Of a stretch of DNA of 64,000 nucleotides, positions 33,869 to 42,567 are shown one piece after another. Under the pieces are notes generated by a model, which worked only from the letters and a program-made list of their open reading frames with translations, did no database searches and was not told the origin of the DNA. The stretch is from Bacteroidota bacterium (GTDB lineage Bacteria > Bacteroidota > Bacteroidia > Bacteroidales > JAHJDW01). Location: assembly GCA_043800975.1 (NCBI GenBank), contig JAZDMK010000006.1, positions 4,678 to 68,677 of the forward strand. The letters are read 5' to 3'. The position numbers and the translations under genes are program-made. Every line of letters starts with the position of its first letter. Within the stretch, counting starts at the first letter, position 1.

Positions 33869-33983
33869 GGTCTTCCGTCTCCGGTCTTCCGTCCCTTTTA
33901 TATTTACAATTAACAAAACACTGAAAGGCGCTTGCCTGTGTGCTGGACTTCCATTTCCGTCTTCGGTCTCCGGTCTTCCGACC
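33869..33983 (+). repeat. GGTCTTCCG-type repeat element (half copy 33869-33895, full copy 33946-33983)
   Basis: GGACTTCCATTTCCGTCTTCGGTCTCCGGTCTTCCGACC; homologous to the reverse complement of 51877-51915. Confidence 0.75.
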
Positions 33984-34056
33984 AAAAAAACCATACCCTG
34001 TTTTGTATAATATTAAAAACATCTTCCTAAATTCGCATCAAACAAAACCAACGATT

Positions 34057-35721
34057 ATGACCCGACATGCAATTCTTTCACTGTTCGTAGTGGCTGTTGT
34101 TATTTTCTCAGCAGGCTGCGGCGGATCTGGTAAAAAAACCGATCAGAAAAACGATTCCACTAAAACCGACAGCGGTATGCAGAAAAAACTGGCGCAGTTC
34201 GCCACCTTCAAACTGACCACCGACATGAGCAAACTGTCGGACAAAGAAAAACAAATGATTCCGCTGCTGATTGATGCAGCCATGATCATGGACGATCTTT
34301 ACTGGATGCAGACTTATGGAAACAAAGATGAGTTTCTGGCAACGATTAAAGATGAAGATGCAAAGAAGTTTGCCAACATAAATTACGGCCCCTGGGAGCG
34401 CCTGAACGACAACCAACCTTTTCTGGAAGGTGCAAAAGTAAAAACACCGGGTGTAAATTTTTATCCGGCGGATATAACGAAAGAAGAATTTGAAAAGCTT
34501 GCTGATAAAGATAAAAAGAGTCAGTATACCGTTATTGTTCGAAATCCAGATAAGAGCCTGAAAGTGGTTTGGTATCATGAATACTACAAGGACAAACTTT
34601 CGAAAGCTTCTGATCTGATTAAACAAGCTGCTGCATTGTGCGAAGATGCCGGACTGAAAAAGTATCTGGAACTGCGTGCCGATGCATTGATGACCAGCAA
34701 TTACAAGCCCAGCGATATGGCATGGATGGATATGAAGACCAACAAAATTGATTTCATCTGCGGCCCGATCGAGAATTATGAAGACGGTTTGTTTGGTTAC
34801 AAATCGGCATTCGAAGGATTCGTTTTGGTGAAGGATATGGAATGGAGCAACAAGCTTGGAAAATTCACGGGCATGCTTCCGATTCTGCAAAAGAAATTAC
34901 CGGTTGAAGATAAATACAAAAAGGAAGTTCCTGCAGCAGGCTCTGATCTTGGCGTGTATGATGCCATCTACTATGCCGGTGATTGCAATGCGGGAAGTAA
35001 AACCATTGCTATCAATCTGCCAAACGACGAAGATGTTCAGCTGAAGAAAGGTTCACGCCGCCTGCAACTGAAGAATTCGATGAAAGCAAAATTCGACAAC
35101 ATTCTGATGCCGATTGCGAAAACACTGATGGATCCTTCACAGATGAAGAACGTGAAGTTTGATGCTTTCTTCACCAATGTAATGTTTCACGAAGTGGGAC
35201 ATGGTCTTGGAATTAAGAAAACAGTCAACGGAAAAGGCTTTGTACGCGATGCGCTGAAAGATCTGTATTCAGGAATCGAAGAAGCGAAAGCGGATATTCT
35301 CGGTTTGTTTATGGCTACCACGTTGATTGAAATGAAAGAAATCACAAACATAACTGCTGAAGACTGCTATGTTACTTTTGTTGCAGGTATCTTCCGTTCC
35401 GTTCGCTTTGGTGCAGCCAGTGCGCATGGTAAAGCCAATATGATGTGCTTTAATTTCTTTGAAGATAACAAGGCATTTACTGTAAACAACGACGGAACTT
35501 ACAAAGTAGACTTTGTGAAAGTGAAGGAAGTAGTGAACCTGTGGGCTGCTAAAATCATTACCTGGCAGGGTAATGGTGACTATGACGGACTGAAAGCTTA
35601 TTTTGAAAAGAACAGCAACATACGTCCGGCTTTGCAGAAAGAACTGGATCGCCTGAAAACTGCTAATATCCCTGTGGATATTATTTTCGATCAGGGAAAA
35701 CAAACGTTAGGGTTGAAGTAA
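34057..35721 (+). CDS. DPP III-like (M49-like) zinc metallopeptidase lipoprotein, HEXXH variant
   Basis: Lipobox VVIFSAGC; FHEVGHGLG plus EEAKADILG second zinc motif; ORF-track start 33940 runs over the repeat element and was trimmed to ATG 34057. Confidence 0.7.
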   Translation: MTRHAILSLFVVAVVIFSAGCGGSGKKTDQKNDSTKTDSGMQKKLAQFATFKLTTDMSKLSDKEKQMIPLLIDAAMIMDDLYWMQTYGNKDEFLATIKDEDAKKFANINYGPWERLNDNQPFLEGAKVKTPGVNFYPADITKEEFEKLADKDKKSQYTVIVRNPDKSLKVVWYHEYYKDKLSKASDLIKQAAALCEDAGLKKYLELRADALMTSNYKPSDMAWMDMKTNKIDFICGPIENYEDGLFGYKSAFEGFVLVKDMEWSNKLGKFTGMLPILQKKLPVEDKYKKEVPAAGSDLGVYDAIYYAGDCNAGSKTIAINLPNDEDVQLKKGSRRLQLKNSMKAKFDNILMPIAKTLMDPSQMKNVKFDAFFTNVMFHEVGHGLGIKKTVNGKGFVRDALKDLYSGIEEAKADILGLFMATTLIEMKEITNITAEDCYVTFVAGIFRSVRFGAASAHGKANMMCFNFFEDNKAFTVNNDGTYKVDFVKVKEVVNLWAAKIITWQGNGDYDGLKAYFEKNSNIRPALQKELDRLKTANIPVDIIFDQGKQTLGLK

Positions 35722-35743
35722 TCTGAGTATTTTACCCGATTTT

Positions 35744-35819
35744 GGATTTGAGATTTATGATTTTTGATTGCATGACTTTGCTTTTTTGAAATCATAAACC
35801 CAGATTCCTAAATCATAAC
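35744..35819 (+). repeat. TTTATGATTT with two downstream complements
   Basis: TTTATGATTT 35754-63 pairs perfectly with AAATCATAAA 35789-98, or nearly so with AAATCATAAC 35810-19. Confidence 0.55.
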
Positions 35820-35828
35820 TCGTATCAT

Positions 35829-36242
35829 ATGGGAATTGTAAAAGAATTCAAGGAATTTGCGGTACGTGGCAATGTCTTCGACATGGCGATTGGTATCGTG
35901 ATTGGTGCTGCATTTGGAAAAATTGTAACATCACTTGTGACAGATGTAATCTTACCTCCACTGGGTATTTTAATAGGCGGGGTTGATTTCACAGACCTAA
36001 GCATCATATTACAAAGTGCGAGTGTGGACGCTCTTGGAAAACCGGTTGATGCAGTTGTGCTGGGTTATGGTAAGTTCATTCAAACCCTTTTTGATTTTGT
36101 CATCGTTGCGTTCGCCATATTTTTGGTGATCAAGGGAATGAATAGAATAAAGCGTAAACAGGCTGCTGAAGCACCACCTGAGCCAACAAACCAAGAAAAG
36201 TTACTTACAGAAATACGTGATTTATTAAAATCGCAGAAGTAG
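35829..36242 (+). CDS. mscL: large-conductance mechanosensitive channel
   Basis: [33 protein letters not shown].. Confidence 0.93.
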   Translation: MGIVKEFKEFAVRGNVFDMAIGIVIGAAFGKIVTSLVTDVILPPLGILIGGVDFTDLSIILQSASVDALGKPVDAVVLGYGKFIQTLFDFVIVAFAIFLVIKGMNRIKRKQAAEAPPEPTNQEKLLTEIRDLLKSQK

Positions 36243-36278
36243 AAAAAAAAGAGCCATCAACGATGGCTCTTTTTTTTA
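36243..36278. terminator. bidirectional intrinsic terminator (mscL / skp convergent)
   Basis: AAAAAAAA-GAGCCATC-AAC-GATGGCTC-TTTTTTTT. Confidence 0.85.
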
Positions 36279-36797
36279 TTTAAGATTTAGTTGTTTTTTG
36301 ACGAGCGGTAGAATGTCGTCTCCTTTTTCAAAATAAAGAAGAACACCCACACCGGCGTCAATAATGTATGTGTAACCATTTGCTTTAGCTACATCTTCGA
36401 TAGCTTTCTTTGCCTTGTCAATAATAGGCTGCATCAGTTCGCCTTCTTTTTTCTGAAGTTCACTCTGTGCAGATTCCTGGAAATCCTGAATTCTTTTTTG
36501 CAAATCAACAAGTTCTTTTTCTTTCACCTGTTTGATCAGATCGGTGTATTTTGCGCCATTGGCTGTATAATCATCATACTTTGTCTGAAGTTCATTCTTC
36601 ATTATAGTCAGCTGATCATCCAGTGATTTTGCATAATTTTCGATAACTTTCTTGGCAGAATCACGGCCGGGCATGATGCCCAGCAGTTCATTGGAATCGA
36701 TGTGTCCAATTTTTTGTTTGTTCTGCGCAAAAAGTGCAGCAGGGATAAGGAGCGTGCAGGCCAGTGCCAGCAATAAAAATCGTTTCTTCATATTCAT
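36276..36797 (-). CDS. OmpH/Skp-family periplasmic chaperone
   Basis: Signal peptide, then a coiled-coil K/E/Q-rich body; downstream of bamA. Confidence 0.85.
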   Translation of the reverse strand: MNMKKRFLLLALACTLLIPAALFAQNKQKIGHIDSNELLGIMPGRDSAKKVIENYAKSLDDQLTIMKNELQTKYDDYTANGAKYTDLIKQVKEKELVDLQKRIQDFQESAQSELQKKEGELMQPIIDKAKKAIEDVAKANGYTYIIDAGVGVLLYFEKGDDILPLVKKQLNLK

Positions 36798-36800
36798 TAA

Positions 36801-37358
36801 TTATTTGGGTTTATTATCATCTTTGTTTGTACCGAAGCCGCCGGGTTTGTATCCGAGTGATTCAAGAACCTGATCGCTGATGTCAATTTTCGGACTGACA
36901 TAAAGCATAATTAAATCACTTGATTTGTCAAATACAATCATGTAATTTCCTTTGGTGCCGATATCGTTTACTGCATTGTACAGTTTATCCTGAATGGGTT
37001 TGATCAGTTCCTGACGTTTCTTGAAAAGATCACCGTCGTTACCAAAACGTTTTTTCTGAAGTTCCTTGGCTTCTTTTTCTTTATTCAGAATTTCATCCTG
37101 ACGTTTCTTTTTAATGTCTTCGGGAAGGAGTACTTGTTCTGCCTGATACGATTTGTATAGTTTATCGATTTCAGCAAATTTTCCTTCAATTTCTTTTTGC
37201 CAGTCTACTGAAAGCTGGTCAACCTGTTCCTGTGCAGCATTGTATTCAGGAATGTTTTCAAGGATGTATTTTGTGTCTACATACCCGATCTTCTGTTGTG
37301 CAAATGCGAATGCGCCAACAAAAAGAACTGCTGATAATGTTAAGAGAATGCGTTTCAT
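36801..37358 (-). CDS. OmpH/Skp-family periplasmic chaperone (second copy)
   Basis: MKRILLTLSAVLFVGAFAFAQQKIGYVD..; start trimmed to ATG 37358. Confidence 0.85.
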   Translation of the reverse strand: MKRILLTLSAVLFVGAFAFAQQKIGYVDTKYILENIPEYNAAQEQVDQLSVDWQKEIEGKFAEIDKLYKSYQAEQVLLPEDIKKKRQDEILNKEKEAKELQKKRFGNDGDLFKKRQELIKPIQDKLYNAVNDIGTKGNYMIVFDKSSDLIMLYVSPKIDISDQVLESLGYKPGGFGTNKDDNKPK

Positions 37359-37416
37359 AATTTTTTCCTCCAAATTTAGAGATTATTTGTTAATAGCATA
37401 AAAATATCTGTGTGTT

Positions 37417-39918
37417 CTATTCAATAGATGTGCCAATTGAGAAATGGAACTGTCCGCCAGATATGCTGTTTGAGTAGGGCCCCTTGTCGAAACCATAGCC
37501 CCAGTCGAGTCCCAGCATACCAAAGAAAGGCAAATAAATTCTGACACCCACACCGGCAGAGCGTTTCATGGAGAAAGGATTAAAATCTTTAAATTTCAAC
37601 CACGAGTTTCCTGCTTCAACAAATCCCAAAACAAAAATGGTAGCCATCGGATTAAGTGAAACCGGAAATCTTAATTCAGCGGTATATTTATCAAATATTG
37701 AGGCGCCAATATATGACCCCGTAGGACCTCTCGGTGTAATTGTCTGATTTTCGTAGCCGCGAAGTGCGATTAGTTCACGTCCGTCAAATGAATTATAACC
37801 GGTAAGGCCATCACCACCTACATAGAAGCGTTCAAAAGGTGCAAGCCCTACTTCAGGATTATACATTCCAAGAAAGCCATATTGCATGCGTGTATTCAGA
37901 ACAAGATTTCCAGCCAGTCGCGTAAACCAGGATGCTTTGAATTTCCATTTGTGGTATTCTACCCAATGATATTTTTCCTGAGAAGAAAGGGTTGAATAAT
38001 CTTTGCTATTAAAAACAGAATAGGGTGGGGTGAACGATGCTTTCAGCGAAAATTCAGAACCGGCACGTGCATAAATCGGTGCGTCAATCGAGTTTCTTCC
38101 GATAGCAACACCAAGACTGACATTGTTTGCAACACCATTGCTGAATCCTGAAATCAGGCTGTAGTTGTCAAGTGTATAATTCTGTAAAGTTGCATCGGTA
38201 TAGAAAGTAAAAAAGTCATCCGGCCACTGCATACGTCTTCCCAGGCCAACCACAACACCATTAATGCTCATTGCCTGACGCAATGAATCAGTACGTTTAC
38301 GACCGTTTGAATTCAAAAAAGTATGAAATAAAGTAACGCTTAAAGCATTGGGTTTTTTACCGCCCAACCAGGGTTCTGTGAAAGATGCATTGTAAGACTG
38401 ATAATATAAACCATTTGATTGTGCACGAATGCTCAGCATTTGACCGTCGCCGGAAGGCAAAGGTTTCCAAGCGCCTTTCTTAAAAGTTTTTCGAGCGGAA
38501 AAATTATTGAACGAAAGGCCGAGTGTGCCGATAACACGCCCTGCGCCCCAACCACCGGACATTTCAACCTGATCGGATGAAGTTTCTTCAACGGTGTATT
38601 CAAGGTCTACCGTTCCATTAGAAGGATTGGGTGTAGGAGAAATATTTATTTTTTCAGGATCAAAGAAACGCAATTGTGCAAGCTGACGAACAGAGCGCTG
38701 AATATCGGAGCGGTTAAATAATTGTCCGGGCTTGGTTCGAATTTCACGAAGGATAACTCTGTCGCTGGTTTTTAAATTACCAGTAATTGAAATGCGGTTA
38801 ATAGTTGCCTGCTTTCCTTCACTGATACGTATTTCAATGTCGATAGAATCGTTATCGATCTGCGTTTCTACAGGGTTGATTGAGAAAAACAAATAACCAT
38901 CATCCATGTATAAAGAAGAAACATCACGTCCGTCTTTATTCATAGTCAGATTTTCATTCAGTAAAGATTGGTTGTAAATATCGCCCCGTTTTATTTTCAG
39001 AATTTCGGTCAACTCCTGCGTAGTGTGCTTTGTGTTACCAACCCATGAGATGCTACGGAAATAATATTTTTTTCCTTCTGCAATTGTAAGGTAGAGATCA
39101 ATGTAGCGGTCATCCACTTTTACAAGAGAATCCTTTGTAAGCACAGCATCACGAAAGCCTGCAAGGTTGTACTTTTCAATGACTTTGTTTTTATCGGCTT
39201 TATAATCTTCTTCCGAATATTTGGAAGCTTTCAGAATACCAAAGGTTCTTTTTCGTTTGGTTTCTTTCAGGAAGCGGGCAATTTGTTTATCGGAATAATG
39301 GGTGTTTCCTTCAATATGGATTGTCTGAATTTTCACCTTTGAATGCTTGTTGACAGTGATATCCAGATTTGCATAATTGGCATAAGCGCTATCCGTTTTT
39401 TGAACGATATTAACTTCAGTATTCAGATATCCTTTGTCAACAAAATGTTCGAGAATAATATTTTTCGACATCATCAACCGGTTGCTGGTGATAGCGTCGC
39501 CTTTGGTAAGTGTGATTTTTTCCTTGATCTTATTGGCTTCTGCTTTTCTAAGGCCGATAATTGAAATTCTAGACAGTTTGGGTCTTTCCTTTAAATATAT
39601 ATCAAGAAAAATGGTTGTGCCAATCAGTTTGGTTGCTGTAATTTTTACATCAGAAAAAAGTCCCTGCTCCCAAAAAATCTGAATGGCGCGTGTGATTTTT
39701 TCACCGGGAATTTTTATTTTATCTCCCACCTTGAGACCTGAAAGGCTTATCAGAGTGTTGTTGTCAAGATATTGTACCCCGGAAATTGTAATCCCGCCGA
39801 TTTCATATTCACGGGGAACAGAATAGTCAATTTCAAAGTTCGAAAGATTGGTAACCTGTGTAAATGCAGGTGAGACCAATCCTAAAAAAATGTAAGCAAT
39901 CCAAAGAACCTTTTTCAT
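37417..39918 (-). CDS. bamA: outer membrane protein assembly factor BamA
   Basis: 833 aa; five POTRA-like repeats plus an Omp85 barrel; 1-nt overlap with the uppS stop. Confidence 0.92.
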   Translation of the reverse strand: MKKVLWIAYIFLGLVSPAFTQVTNLSNFEIDYSVPREYEIGGITISGVQYLDNNTLISLSGLKVGDKIKIPGEKITRAIQIFWEQGLFSDVKITATKLIGTTIFLDIYLKERPKLSRISIIGLRKAEANKIKEKITLTKGDAITSNRLMMSKNIILEHFVDKGYLNTEVNIVQKTDSAYANYANLDITVNKHSKVKIQTIHIEGNTHYSDKQIARFLKETKRKRTFGILKASKYSEEDYKADKNKVIEKYNLAGFRDAVLTKDSLVKVDDRYIDLYLTIAEGKKYYFRSISWVGNTKHTTQELTEILKIKRGDIYNQSLLNENLTMNKDGRDVSSLYMDDGYLFFSINPVETQIDNDSIDIEIRISEGKQATINRISITGNLKTSDRVILREIRTKPGQLFNRSDIQRSVRQLAQLRFFDPEKINISPTPNPSNGTVDLEYTVEETSSDQVEMSGGWGAGRVIGTLGLSFNNFSARKTFKKGAWKPLPSGDGQMLSIRAQSNGLYYQSYNASFTEPWLGGKKPNALSVTLFHTFLNSNGRKRTDSLRQAMSINGVVVGLGRRMQWPDDFFTFYTDATLQNYTLDNYSLISGFSNGVANNVSLGVAIGRNSIDAPIYARAGSEFSLKASFTPPYSVFNSKDYSTLSSQEKYHWVEYHKWKFKASWFTRLAGNLVLNTRMQYGFLGMYNPEVGLAPFERFYVGGDGLTGYNSFDGRELIALRGYENQTITPRGPTGSYIGASIFDKYTAELRFPVSLNPMATIFVLGFVEAGNSWLKFKDFNPFSMKRSAGVGVRIYLPFFGMLGLDWGYGFDKGPYSNSISGGQFHFSIGTSIE

Positions 39919-40667
39919 TATACGTTATTTTTTATTTGTTCACTGGTCAGTCCGAAGCGTCTTTCCCTTTGTTGAAAGTCAACTAAAGCGTCATAAAAAT
40001 CTTCTTTTCGGTAATCTGGCCAGAGAACGGGAGAAAAATACAATTCAGCATAGGCGGTTTGCCAGAGCAGGAAATTGCTGATACGTTGTTCACCACTGGT
40101 GCGTATCAGTAATTCAGGATCAGGTATTCCGCGGGTATATAAATAATCAGAGAATAAACGATCTGAGATTTCGTCAGGTTTTAAATTTCCGTTTATGCAT
40201 TCAGAGGCAATGTTTCTGACGGCATTGACAATTTCTTCATGGGAACTATAACTCAGTGCCAGGACTAAGTTTAAGCGGGAGTTGGAAGAAGTTTTCTGAA
40301 TAACATCCATTAATTCCTGACGGCATTCTTCGGGAAGTTTATCAGTATTTCCAATTGTGAGGAGGCGAATATTATTTTTGTTTAAAGTATCAATTTCACC
40401 GTGAATAGTTTTGACTAGAAGATTCATCAGTGCATCAACTTCCTCTTTGGGGCGGTTCCAGTTTTCAGTAGAAAAAGCGTAAAGAGTGATGTACTCAACA
40501 CCAAGTTCAGTGGCCGCTTCCGTAACCTGACGTACAGATTCCACGCCATTGTTATGGCCATAAATGCGCGCCTGTCCCTGTTTCTGAGCCCAGCGACCGT
40601 TTCCATCCATAATTATCGCAACGTGCTTTGGCAACCGCTTACGATCAACATCCTCTATTCTTGCCAT
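39918..40667 (-). CDS. uppS: isoprenyl transferase (undecaprenyl diphosphate synthase)
   Basis: HVAIIMDGNGRWA, ..YAFSTENW.RP..EV, RTSGE.R.SNFLLWQ; ORF-track start 40883 overlaps the upstream gene and was trimmed to ATG 40667. Confidence 0.9.
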   Translation of the reverse strand: MARIEDVDRKRLPKHVAIIMDGNGRWAQKQGQARIYGHNNGVESVRQVTEAATELGVEYITLYAFSTENWNRPKEEVDALMNLLVKTIHGEIDTLNKNNIRLLTIGNTDKLPEECRQELMDVIQKTSSNSRLNLVLALSYSSHEEIVNAVRNIASECINGNLKPDEISDRLFSDYLYTRGIPDPELLIRTSGEQRISNFLLWQTAYAELYFSPVLWPDYRKEDFYDALVDFQQRERRFGLTSEQIKNNV

Positions 40668-40698
40668 TTCAGATTTTAAAAAAAGTAGTCCGGCTTTG

Positions 40699-41562
40699 TT
40701 AGCGGGAATCGTATTCGTGGAATTTTCTTGATTTACCATAAGCCGGGCAATTTTCTTTTCCGGCTTTAATCCGGAATGAAAGAATGATTCCGGCAAAGGA
40801 GTACCAGTCTTTATTTTTTGAGTTCCCGCGCTGGAGATCCGTATTATTGGGTGTTTCGCCCAAATCACGGATTGTACGGTCACTTAATACCAATGCAGTG
40901 GGCCCATTTTCACTTCCTACAGTATATGGATCTGCATAGGTTGAACTCACATCATCGAGGTAGTCGGTGAAAGTTCTGCGCATGCCGTACTCAAATCCAA
41001 GAGAAATTTTTCCAAAAAGATTGAATCGAAATCCCAGACCGAAAGGAATTGCAAAAGAAGTTAAGGAGTAGGGTTGTCTGTCGGGATACATGGAAGTTCC
41101 CTGTCCTTCAGTACCCAATGGTTGAAGGGCGTACCATGTGCCTTCGTAATTTGCTTTCGGGTTGAATTTGAACATTGAAATCCCTCCAAAAATGTAAGGT
41201 GTAAAAGGATATTTGGGATTTCCAGTGATATATGGAAGAAAATTAAATTCACCTTCTGCAGAAAAATCAGCCACCACTGATTTGAAGCTTAAATTTCTTT
41301 TTGCATTAAAATCAGAGATAAGGTCATCTCCCGCTACATTTCCATAGAAGAAATTTCCTTTAAAAGAAAATCTTGGGTTGAAGTTATACCGGTAAACAAT
41401 CCCGCCGGCCGGCCGGATCATGAGAAATTGTTTGTATGGGTTAAGGTCGCCGATGTAATAGGAGGTACCTCCAAAAAAACCGACTTCAGAACGTTGGGCT
41501 TTTATTGACTGCATTGGTAGTGTCAACAAAAAGAGCAAAAGAAGTTTTAGTGTAGTTTTCAT
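40699..41562 (-). CDS. outer-membrane beta-barrel protein (DUF6089-like)
   Basis: Signal peptide ..SIKAQ; alternating beta pattern; paralogue of the next gene (shared RKTFTDY(L/M)DDVS motif). Confidence 0.65.
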   Translation of the reverse strand: MKTTLKLLLLFLLTLPMQSIKAQRSEVGFFGGTSYYIGDLNPYKQFLMIRPAGGIVYRYNFNPRFSFKGNFFYGNVAGDDLISDFNAKRNLSFKSVVADFSAEGEFNFLPYITGNPKYPFTPYIFGGISMFKFNPKANYEGTWYALQPLGTEGQGTSMYPDRQPYSLTSFAIPFGLGFRFNLFGKISLGFEYGMRRTFTDYLDDVSSTYADPYTVGSENGPTALVLSDRTIRDLGETPNNTDLQRGNSKNKDWYSFAGIILSFRIKAGKENCPAYGKSRKFHEYDSR

Positions 41563-41570
41563 AGTTTAAT

Positions 41571-42464
41571 TTAGAATTTTGGAATTCCAAAGAAACGTTT
41601 AGAATGAGGAATTTTATAACGCATAGTAATGGTCATAAACATATAGGAATCCTTATCTCCGGGATCTCCACGTTGTTGGTTTGCTGTAGTTGCGCCAGGA
41701 ATAGCTCCTGTAGTAGGGTTTGAAAAGTATCCAGCCATTGTACCTAACTCGTCAGTCATGTATTCTTTGTCTGGATAAGTAGTGCTTACATCATCCATGT
41801 AATCAGTAAAAGTTTTGCGCATTCCAATTTCGAGGCCAATGAACCATTCTTTGGATAAAATGTATTTAAACCCAATACCCATTGGGATGGCAAGCTGAAT
41901 GCGATGATAAGGAGTGCGGGAATCATAGTAGCCTTGTCCTTCAGTACAAAGTGGTTTAAGAGCATACCACGCTCCGTCAACATATTTTCCTTTAGGATTA
42001 AAGTAGAAACCACCAATTCCAGTGAAGATATAAGATGTGAAATGGATGTTTTTTAAACCCTGGATACCTTTGAGGCGATAACGGTGGCCTTTTTTCTCCC
42101 TGATAAATTCATAACAAACTTTACCGGCTGTTTCAACAATGGGAGAGCGATAAGTAATATTTCTGTTGTTGCGGGCAGGCTCAGTTGTAAGTTTGTCGGC
42201 CCCGTATATCCAACCATACGTCATATCAAATTGAGTGCAGATTTCTTTTGTTACTCTATAAGAATATCCAATAGTTGTAAGCGGGCGGGTAGCACGAAAT
42301 TCAAAATCACGAAGGCCATTGGTACCAATCTGGTTAGCACCCCCCAATTCCCCAAGAAAATTAGTTGTTCCCAAACCAAAAAGAAATTCAGCGCGGTTTC
42401 GCTTCCACATCTGTGCCTGAGCAACGATTGGAATAAACAGCAATATCAACAAGTATTTTTTCAT
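41571..42464 (-). CDS. outer-membrane beta-barrel protein (DUF6089-like), paralogue
   Basis: MKKYLLILLFIPIVAQAQ signal; GMRKTFTDYMDDVST shared with its neighbour. Confidence 0.65.
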   Translation of the reverse strand: MKKYLLILLFIPIVAQAQMWKRNRAEFLFGLGTTNFLGELGGANQIGTNGLRDFEFRATRPLTTIGYSYRVTKEICTQFDMTYGWIYGADKLTTEPARNNRNITYRSPIVETAGKVCYEFIREKKGHRYRLKGIQGLKNIHFTSYIFTGIGGFYFNPKGKYVDGAWYALKPLCTEGQGYYDSRTPYHRIQLAIPMGIGFKYILSKEWFIGLEIGMRKTFTDYMDDVSTTYPDKEYMTDELGTMAGYFSNPTTGAIPGATTANQQRGDPGDKDSYMFMTITMRYKIPHSKRFFGIPKF

Positions 42465-42567
42465 ATGCATGAGCAGACAAATTGCAATTATCTCAACAAA
42501 AATAATAAAAAAAATGTCTGTTTGTATAAGTAAAACGCCTATTTGACTCGTTTAGTCTTAAAGAAAG

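Larger units (their letters stand above)
27104..34056. other. putative horizontally acquired mosaic accessory region
   Basis: Abrupt G+C alternation (hand counts about 57%, 20%, 57%, 37% per block), orphan genes and dense repeats; no integrase or transposase seen. Confidence 0.5.

Noticed and set aside
33940-34056. ORF-track N-terminal extensions (33940 for the DPP III-like gene; also 8253, 27038, 40883, 43488, 48075, 53375, 56610)
   Set aside because: The extensions start at non-ATG codons or run across repeats, terminators or upstream genes. Internal ATGs give canonical signal peptides or N-termini that align with paralogues.
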